The notes beneath the pieces were generated by a model. The model saw nothing but the letters and a program-made list of their open reading frames with translations. It made no database searches and was not told the DNA's origin. The translations under genes were made by a program, and so were the position numbers. From Tubulanus polymorphus (lineage: Eukaryota; Animalia; Nemertea), in assembly GCF_964204645.1 (NCBI RefSeq), contig NC_134030.1, positions 20,172,210-20,236,209 of the forward strand: a stretch of 64,000 bases of DNA. The letters are read 5' to 3'. Below are positions 40,537 to 64,000 of this stretch, in pieces; within the stretch, counting starts at the first letter, position 1, and each line of letters starts with the position of its first letter.

Positions 40537-40712
40537 TAGATATATTTAATAATTTCTGAGAGGATGTGCACTATGTCATCAGGATATATTAGTTAGACTG
40601 GTTGCCGTTTAATTCAATTGGTATTTATCATCATATTATTCTTAGTTCTTAGTCGATATTATGAAATTATATGTATCATTTCCAAAGCCTCAATGCATTT
40701 CAAGATAGTTTT

Positions 40713-40872
40713 CTTAAAGCCCAACGCACACGGCAAACATGTGTTTCTCCGAAAAAGAAAAAAACTTTTTGTGTTTCGCCACCCCCGCAAACGGCATAAC
40801 AAAAAACATCGGAAACGTTTTTCACGAGGAAAAAACGTTTTTTTTTCGGTGCCGTGTGCGTTGGGCTTTAAG
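40713..40872. mobile_element. Short MITE (PIF/Harbinger-like)
   Basis: Perfect 23-bp inverted repeat cttaaagcccaacgcacacggca (40713-40735 / 40850-40872). Confidence 0.8.
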
Positions 40873-40940
40873 TTTACACCGGAATGTATTTCTATACCAG
40901 ATAGTGTTGATCTAACTGCATCTAGCGAGTCTAATAGTGA

Positions 40941-42234
40941 GGCGTTTTTGTCTAGATGTTGATTTGTCAAATCAGTTTACCAAAGTAAATTCTGCGCATT
41001 TATCGGCTCAAGTAGGGTATTGCATAGTATAGATCCTTCGCGTATGCTTACTGCGATGTTCGGTTAATGTGTATCCCACAGAAAGTTGTCATGTCGACAC
41101 ATTCACATCGCCAGCCATTAACATTCCATGTGTCAACGTGTCGACGTGTCTACCAACCAACAAATTAACTATTAACGATCTATTAACCTGATACACCAAA
41201 CACACCACGTGACCAAACACATGATAAACCCCATACTTAAAATACAAATTGCATTTCTATTTTTCTTTAGTCAATTCCAGTTCTCTGATATTAGTTTCAA
41301 CACGGTTAAGCATTCAAATTCACAGGAGATTCATTATCTATTTTCATCACTGTCATCGTGAGATGCGCCTCCAAAAAAACCAACATGGGGACGGTGAAAC
41401 ATGGCATTGTTCACATTGCTACAGAACGACGTCGATACGTGACGGCTCTTTTTTCAAAATCAAAAATGAAACTTTCGCAGCTGATGCTTATAGTTTACTG
41501 TTTCGGTTTAGATTTACTTCTCTTGTTTGTTTGTGTTTTGTGGTCACCCGTCAACCAGTCAACCCACGATGCTTGTACATACATTGGCGACAACATTGCT
41601 ACATGTCGTCCGTCGACCGTCAACCAGCGGATGATACAGTGTCTCATTTTTGTCACCACGATCCTTGTACATAAATTGGCGACAACATTGCATCGTGTCA
41701 TCCGTCGACCGTCAACCAGCGGGTGAGATATGCACTCTATCATCTCTTCAATGGGCCAACCAACAAACAACCAACAGTAGTCAACTGTCACTAGTCGTCG
41801 GTCAACCTGTACATGAACTGTTCCTTTGCTGCGCATTAATACCCAATTATCAATGTATTCATGCGCCAATGTATTAATGCGCTGATAAATTAACCGCACA
41901 ACTTATTAACTCTACGCCAAGGCACTATACTATGCTATATCCGACTTGGGCCCATTTATCTACTTGATTTATCAAATCGATTCGGCTAATCAATGCATTT
42001 ATTTAAATGATTACTCAAATCGATTTGATAAATCAAGCAAATTGCTAGTGGAGCGATTTTCTTGATTTGACAAACTGATTTGAGTAGATTTACATGGAGA
42101 ATAAAGATGGCGAAAAAGAATCGGCAAGTCTCCCAGCACGGGTTACTAATCCGCGCGTTTATCTAACTGCAAATCGATTTATCAAATCAGCGTGGATTTG
42201 TAAATCCAAAGCGATTTGCTTGGATAAAAACGCC
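40941..42234 (+). mobile_element. Internally deleted Merlin (IS1595-like) transposon relic
   Basis: TIRs ggcgtttttgtcta / tggataaaaacgcc and subterminal gatttgNNaaatc repeats. Frameshifted Zn-ribbon remnant C..EMRL..DGETWHCSHC..SIRDGSFF / SKMKLSQLMLIVY (~41345-41500). ~100-bp internal tandem repeats at 41545-41810. No TSD seen. Confidence 0.7.
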
Positions 42235-42641
42235 TTTGGTTATTGTGCTTCGTTTTTCGTTTGATATACCACCAGCTAGTCGGTGTTTGTTTTACCGAAT
42301 AAACAATGATGTTCGAACTGAAAAGACGAGCACCTGCCATATCCTATCGAGCTACGACCTCGTTTAACTATGTACCGCATACGTATAACTGATTCATATT
42401 AAAAAAAGTCTCCTTTCCGGGACATGAGCGAGCGGATTGCGTTTCGTTAGATCGACTTTACGAATTAGGCACGTAGGAAAAATTGTCCGACGCGTTCTGG
42501 AGCTAATATGCAAATGAGGCGTCCTTAGTATGCTAATCAGGTTCGTCTTGAATAAAGGGTATTGTTGAATATATTCAAGTTGCGTGTGTTAGATAGCGAA
42601 ATAACTGCGAACAATTTACAGATTTCCTCAGAAACAAAGAC

Positions 42642-45052
<2,411 letters not shown>

Positions 45053-47734
45053 TGTCGGTTCAGTCGAAGGAATGCAGTCTTAATTAGGTGTCGACGCCAC
45101 CTGGCGTAAAATGATAATAAACATCTTTTTTATCATTTCTGCCGTGTTTAAAAAATGACGCGACCGGCAGCCTACGTATCTGTCCTGTTATGTTGATTAC
45201 TTTATTTCGTCACGATCAAGCTAACAATAACACACCCGCCATTTCTATAAATGAACTGATCACATATTTTATTTACTTTACAAAAGTTACCGGCCGATAG
45301 GAGAAACGTGTTTGTTTATGCTGTTTTTTAAGCAAATTCGTTTAGGGTTTGACTCCGGTAGACTGTGTCGGTTCAGTGGAAAAAGTGTACCGGTAGTCTT
45401 AATTATTTTTGGATGCCATTACTTAACAGACGTAAATAAGGCCACATAATTGATATCTCTTGTTTCTCAATATGCTGGTCTTAAAGGTTTACCCGGCAGG
45501 CCACCTATCTACCCCTTTTTAAAAAGATATTTCCTGGAAGTTGCAGCCCACGATCGTAGGGCAACTTTTAGGGGAAAACTAGCCTTAATTTACTGAAGGG
45601 AAAATCTTTGGTTTGTTGGATTAATTGATAATATACTTCAAAATGTGTTTGTACTTGTGTATGGTTGAAGCCTCGTACGGTGGACTGCTCTCGACAGAGT
45701 TTATTCTCGAATTGGTATAACTTTTTCTAGTCGGAATTTTGCATTTAACTTTATATTCTATCATAAAAACAACTTGACAAATGATTAGGTCACCTTCTAG
45801 TACTAGGGATTCAGGGTCGCCATGCTCGCTTACTTCGTCAATCTACTGGTGATGTTTTAAACTGCACTTATACGACGTGACTCGTGTTTTCAGGAATAAA
45901 TCATATTCATTTTCAAAATTGATTTCATTTTCATTTAATTGCTAATCTTGTGCGAATCCGCAGGGCTTAAAGGTATCGTTGCTAGCGCTGCTATCCGTGG
46001 TAGACTAAGCAGTGAATGCAGTGCTCGAGTCAGGCGGATCTTCTGGGACCGTGTGTGCATGATTTGAGTGATATCCGAGTTGGATGTAATGCATTTCATA
46101 TAGTATCATTAAAAAAAGAGTTATCAGAGGTTATCGGATCCGACTTGGAACCGTCTACTTTCGTTATCAAATAGTGAATAAAGAATAAAGATCGCTTAAT
46201 GAATTTAGTGATTTAGTGACGATTTCACGATATACTTGCAAGCTTTATGTGTAACTAATACAAGGCCGAATATAAACAAACAACGCCTAGATGTTACACC
46301 CACGAATTCGAGTCTAAACCTCAAATTTTACCGACTGTTAAGTACCAGCAATTCGGAGATATGACCAGCTACAAAAAAATGTTGCTTAATATCAAAGAAA
46401 AGAAATATTTAAGTATAATATATAAGCCCTGGGACCAGTTCCACAGTCCCGAGTTAAGATTTGACTCAGAGTTAACTCTAACTCACAACTGTGGAACTGA
46501 GTCCTCAGCTATACACCATTAGAATAGGCGTTTCTTCGGTGGTTCTCGCAGTCCTCGCATTTAAGAGTGTTTACGTGGTACATGGCATGAAAATGGTTGT
46601 TTGTTACAGGAAAGGCTCTTCGAAGAACCCACAAATTCAATCCCATCGGAATGGATAACATCGTTTTTGTGCGTAGAAGTTTCACTTTTTTAAAGTTGAC
46701 TGGTTGTCAAATCAGTAATTCCTGGATTACAGATGAATCGTACACGATAAGACAGTGCAGATGATGTACCAATCTGTGGGCTGTGGACTGTCGAGCCGCA
46801 CTGCACGAAGCTGATAACAAGCTTAAAAATCTGAATAAATATCTACTCGTTATGAATCGGCGTTGTTATCATTTACTCTCACAAATATCAGTTACAGACA
46901 AATAAATTAGCTCCGCTACCTATCAAAATAATGGACGCGATAAGATACGTGTTAATGTTTTAATTCCGTATAAATGGTCCGCGTGAAAACAAGTTACAAT
47001 CAGTTGTTCGTACGCCTCGAAAGGTAAGTCAGATATTCTGGCCATTTCGCGCAGAATGGCATGAAAGTTCAATTAGCTATCAGATACCGACGGTGTAGTC
47101 ATTTCTAATCGGAACTTTTCTGGGAGGGTAGACTCTCTCGTGAGAATGGTAAAATCTGCTAGATTTGAATTTCAAGTTTGTAACTTAACAAAAAACATAT
47201 GCCATAATATATTCCCTATGCTGTGTACATTACTCGTTTCATAGCGGTTAAAGCTATGATCTCGCTTATGAATATACTACTCTAAATTTAAAGTCTTGTC
47301 ATAGTGGAAAACTGCGTGATTTCATATTTTCCTCACTTTAAAAGGGGCTCTACTGTCCAAAAAGGGGGTCATTCACAACCGACTGTTACTCCGTTTCTCG
47401 GGACGCCCATGGCAGATTTAAACCTCAACACCAGGCACTGTTGTTTTTCACTGATTCTCCGACGAGTGTCACTAAATTCATTTCCTACTAGTCATATTTA
47501 TCGTTTAATTATAATCATTCATCCGGAGAAATGTCTTAATAATCTCGTAGTAAAGCCGTAACGCCGAAGCGTTCGGACCAATGTATGGTTTGTTATGATA
47601 TGAACAAATGATCCACCAATGATTACCAGCATAACCATGATTTACATGTTTATGTGAAGAATTAGTTTCCGAAAAACCTCATAATCTAGTCGTTTCAGTT
47701 GTTTTCTTATTCCAGATTGTATCTACCGTTTATC

Positions 47735-49536
47735 ATGTTGCGATGTGTTTTGTTTGCTGCCCTATGTGGTAAGATTGCGGGCGGACCCGGTTTATGTATA
47801 CCGTCAAACGACTTTCATAAAACTTGTAAAGATGTCCATCCTAAAAAAAAAAAGTTGTCTGCCATAATCAAAAGTTAAAGATAACCGGATAACCGGAGAG
47901 ACGGTTTCGATCGGAAAGCAGGGCTTGCGGTATAACCTCCAATATTTCTACTGGAACCTAAAATCCCCGTCCTCTAGACACCAACATTGTTCCTTGAAGT
48001 CTAAGGAAATAGGAATAATACTTTTTCATCGACAAAATACATTTTTTTCATATAAATCCATTTGCTCTGGGGCCGGTTGCATAGTCATGGCTTAGATTTA
48101 AGACTGGTCTAAGACCAACTAAGTTCTATACTCGATCTAACAACTTAAGACCAGTCTTAAGATTTAAGACCACTTTTGGACTTCAGTCACGACTGTGCAA
48201 CTGGGCAACTGGTGTTTTCTATGCTTTATTTTCAAAGACATAACTGGGACTGAATTTCATCGTTGATGACAAAAGTTCAAACGATCAGGGCTTGTATATT
48301 CTATGAACTTAACTTTAACGTTCCATTTTGTTTTCTGAAAGGCGTTGCACTGTCCTCGTATACCGTCCATACGGAAAAGAAGACATTCGAAGATGCCGAG
48401 GCAGCTTGTGCGAGCGCTGGAGGTCATTTAGCTACAATTCAGAATGCGAAGGATCAAGGTAAGATCTGATCATTACATCTCTGAAAAGGCCAGATTACAG
48501 GATTTGGTTTTTGATTGTACTTTTTAGACATGGTTCAATAATTAACATTTATTTAAGTTGCTGGAATGCAAAAGACGTTACCAACTCAATTATCAATTCA
48601 GTCCAAGCAAGAAGTGTCGATTAAATTCATATTTAGCCCAATCAGTTTTCGGCAGTGCGTATTCTGGTTTTAGTATTACATCGACTCCCGATTACGAACT
48701 CTCCACCGGCCGCTCCTATATATCAGGTTTACAGAATATGCCACGTCTAATAGTGGGTTGAACCTACGAGGTAGGTTGAACCCATTCGAGACAAACATGC
48801 TATGACGATATTCCAGAATCGGTAGAGACCAATTGGAAAAATGTGTGAATGGCGTTCAGCTTTTAATTGAAAATTGAAAGTAGCAGTCATTTTAAAAACT
48901 GGTCCCTCGCACATTGCTTTACGTAATAACACAAGACAGTTTGGCTACTGCGGTGTTGAAACAAGTTAAACAAAAAAACCATTAGATTTGTATTTAGGAC
49001 TGATATTAAAATTTGTCATCATCTGTATTTCCCATCCTCGCTTGCCAGGGGTCCGCTATCGCTCCCCGAACTCGCTTCCACCAGCGGAGAACGGCTTTAG
49101 CTTAGTGGGTTCGAACCCCTTGACGGGCGAAGATGGTATTTCCAACAGATGAGAGAAATGTAACAATATTTATCTTCTACTATTTTCAAGCCCTTATTTC
49201 TAAGGCCATCAACGAGAAAGGAACCTTCTGGGTCGGTCTGAGACGCAACTTCCCGGACATGGAATACACTTGGATTGACGGAACACCCGTAACCTTTACG
49301 TGAGTATTCATACGCTTCACAGACGCCTCTATAGTTTCCCGTGGGTTTCAAAGTTAGCCATACCGGTTCTAAATCCAATAATACCTCGTTTCTCCAGGAA
49401 CTGGGACAACCCGGAAGCGATTAGGGAGCACATGTATACACATGGCGCCATCTATAACGAAAACAACGAGAGCAGACGTTACAAATGGATCGCAACTTTC
49501 GGATTCAGACAACACGGTTTCGTTTGTCAAAACTAA
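47735..49536 (+). CDS. Secreted single-domain C-type lectin-like protein
   Basis: Exons 47735-47768 (signal MLRCVLFAALC), 48342-48458 (KKTFEDAEAACASAGGHLATI), 49191-49299 (FWVGL..WIDGTP), 49398-49536 (NW..KW..GFVCQ). TATA ~46969 and a non-coding exon donor at ~47024. Confidence 0.88.
48070..48207. mobile_element. Short MITE (ggccggttgcatagtc / gactgtgcaactgggc)
   Basis: Imperfect TIRs; similar small foldbacks at 46431-46505 and 26275-26370. Confidence 0.55.
49033..49135 (-). mobile_element. Internally deleted copy of the CATC-terminus MITE
   Basis: Ends match the 57669 and 61876 copies in reverse orientation; TSD gtatttcc (49025-49032 / 49136-49143). Confidence 0.8.
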
Positions 49537-49744
49537 ATTCAATCAAGAAATTGTATTCCGTGACATAAACATAGTATTTTGAACCTGGCACGATTAGTTT
49601 TTGTCTTTTTTCAATTTTTCTTTTAAAAGTGTACCCCCCCCCCCCTATTAATGAAAGACGTTGTTACCCAGATTAATTAAATATTGAAAATTAAATAATT
49701 CGTACGACTTCAGGTCGTGAGTCGAGAAGATACACAGTACCCGT

Positions 49745-49795
49745 GTAAGATGCCTGATGATGGCTAAAGTGTTTAGCCGAAAGGTTGCTCAAAAT
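49745..49795 (+). ncRNA. Minimal hammerhead ribozyme-like motif (Penelope-associated type)
   Basis: CTGATGA (49754) - stem ggctaaa/tttagcc - GAAA (49779). Confidence 0.55.
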
Positions 49796-51446
49796 ATATA
49801 TTCTCTTCTATTCAAGAATTGTTCGTCTTTGACTGAATCATTGTGGGGATCTCTCTCGACTTCACGACGTATTTCCCCACACTTAACTCGGGTAAATTTG
49901 CCATTCCGAAATTATGTGAGTTAGGCACATAGCAATATATTTATATCAACTCTAATGCGTTCTTTTTACATGTCGTCGTTCGGGTGATTTAAAAATACTG
50001 GTACGTGTATTATAGATACTATCTTAGGCAGACTTTACTAATAACTACAATATTGATCCAAAAACATTCTAATCTGATTCTTCCTTTATTTACCCGCATT
50101 AACGATTAAATAGATTGGACAACGCTCGAGGTCAAGCTCAGAGATCTTAGTGATAAAACAAAAGTTGAAATTTACAGTTTTTCAAGAAGCGCGATTTAAT
50201 AGCTAAGCGTAAGCGAGAATATGAAGTCGCACGCATCTAGCGTAACCGTGAAATCCATCATTTTCTGCATCCCAGATCGTCGGAGGCTGGCTGCTCTTTT
50301 TCATCTCGCAATTTCAGAAATCCCGCATTCGCTTCAATATATTTGCCTTCTATATCAGCTTCTGGAGTTTTTCATGTATACCCAATGTCTACTTGCTATC
50401 TTACAAAATATCCGCATTTATACCCCTAAACCTCCGAGGCATGTAACCCACAAGTATTTCTAACCCGTGCCCATAACCTAACATGTAAATCGTTGTGAGG
50501 CATCCTGGTGGTTCCGCACCTGCGAAAAGCGTTACCACAATGCCGTATCCTGAACCTACCGCATGCCTTCCTAAGTTGGACGAACGAACTCGGTACCCAT
50601 TCGACACGACATTTAATCTTCCATAAATTGAATTCAGCATTTATTTCATCGAAATCCAAAGAAATGACGCATATTCAATTAACGTCAACACAGTTATAGA
50701 TGGACTAGTTTGATTAATTTATTGAGTTATTAGCAGTTCGTGATATCTCACTTTGAGCTATACACAAATAGTTTTGTTTTACAATATCCATAAACTTTAA
50801 ACCTAGACTAATAAATAGCAGTTATTCCAAGTTTCGTCAGTCAGATCATACATCGGGTCGTATCCGTTGTGTCAAGGTTTCGATTCCTGAAATTACGAGC
50901 AAACACATTTTCAGGTTTGGAAAGTGAAGTCTTCAAGACGTTTGAAAAGTCTGGTAAATCGCTTTTTGAAAATGCGCAGTAAACGTCGATTTATACAGTC
51001 ATAGCCCGCCTTAAAGCTGTCATACTTTTAATGCCAAACGCCAGCATTCTGCTGCAGACAAATAATCAAATCTCACTCCAATTCATCGGAAAAAACTATT
51101 CTTTATAGGCTGTATCTTCTCAGCCCCTGCGATTAGGTTACATCGGACTTTAACTGTAGTTCATTTGAAATTCAGGATATCTCTGGTGATGTCCTTAGCG
51201 CTTGTGAAGTTTGAACGACCACTTTTTGAAAGTTTGTTTGATAAAATCTCTAAAGGATAGCGCGTGTTGAGGTCAGTTTTAATTGGAAAACGTCTCAAAT
51301 GAGTCTTGAACACGTGGCGACAAATTGAAACAATATATATATATATACTGTGACAAGGTCAAGATGAGTCCAGGGGTGAGTCCAAGCTTACCGAATGGAC
51401 TCGATTGAACGATTGAACCCTTGAATCGTTAAATTCATCAACTTAC

Positions 51447-63541
<12,095 letters not shown>

Positions 63542-63759
63542 CTGCGAGGTTAAAAATCAGGATAGAAGCAGAGACACTAAACGAATGTTTATGCCGATGA
63601 TGATAACACTGTTGACAAGCATGTTGTGCAAGACAGTAAATGCTGGTACGATAACCACACTCAAACGTGGTGAACAGATGATAAGATAAAAACCCACTAT
63701 TTAAAAATCAAAAGAAATCTAAAATCGTGAATTTATTATTGAAACAATCTAAAATATAA

Positions 63760-63805
63760 GAACACGACGTTTCGATCTCACACTAGAGATCATCGTCAGG
63801 TCATA
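63760..63805 (-). ncRNA. Minimal hammerhead ribozyme-like motif
   Basis: Minus strand CTGACGA-t-gatctc tagtgt gagatc-GAAA-cgtc, inside a Penelope-type foldback. Confidence 0.6.
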
Positions 63806-64000
63806 TTTTAGATTGTTTCAATAAATGAATTCTCGATTTTAGATTAAATCTAAAATCGAGAATTTAAAAATCAAAAGAAATTTTCTTTTAATTTTTAAAT
63901 AGTTAATGCTGTCTTTATTTACTTGAAGCACATACTTTAACATCAATCCTAACGTTTCAATGCAACATCTAAAGTTATGAGAATACAATGGAACCTCGTT

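Noticed and set aside
50401-51060. Terminal exon(s) of the mosaic gene
   Set aside because: Candidate acceptors exist but there is no recognisable domain or convincing frame.

Overview
AT-rich, intron-containing animal genomic DNA; the gene and repeat content suggests a marine invertebrate, probably a lophotrochozoan (inference). The centrepiece is an apparently intact ~8.2 kb DNA transposon (~13494-21685). It has no terminal inverted repeats and encodes a 9-exon, ~1408-aa DDE transposase with D / YTD..CC / DxxH / RG..LE..H motifs, best matching the Dada superfamily, which normally inserts into snRNA and tRNA genes. Here it splits the first coding exon of a minus-strand, Ig-like host gene a few bases from its splice donor, where the + strand reads like the U1 snRNA 5' end (ACTTACCTGGCGC). 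The element's right terminus resembles the 5' end of tRNA-Val. Near that end lie two minus-strand RNA-like features: a G-U-biased hairpin and Pol III A/B-box-like motifs. Host genes: an intronless peptide-type GPCR; two tandem-duplicated secreted Cys-(Pro/Thr-rich)-Cys mini-mucin genes; a core-2/I-branching GlcNAc transferase; an atypical single-domain C-type lectin; and the 3' part of a large CTLD/ShK/sushi/kringle mosaic protein. Other repeats: a 5'-truncated RTE-X-like LINE, a Merlin relic, a solo LTR, many MITEs, tRNA-derived SINEs, Penelope-type foldbacks with hammerhead ribozyme cores, and long microsatellites. All exon coordinates were read by hand.
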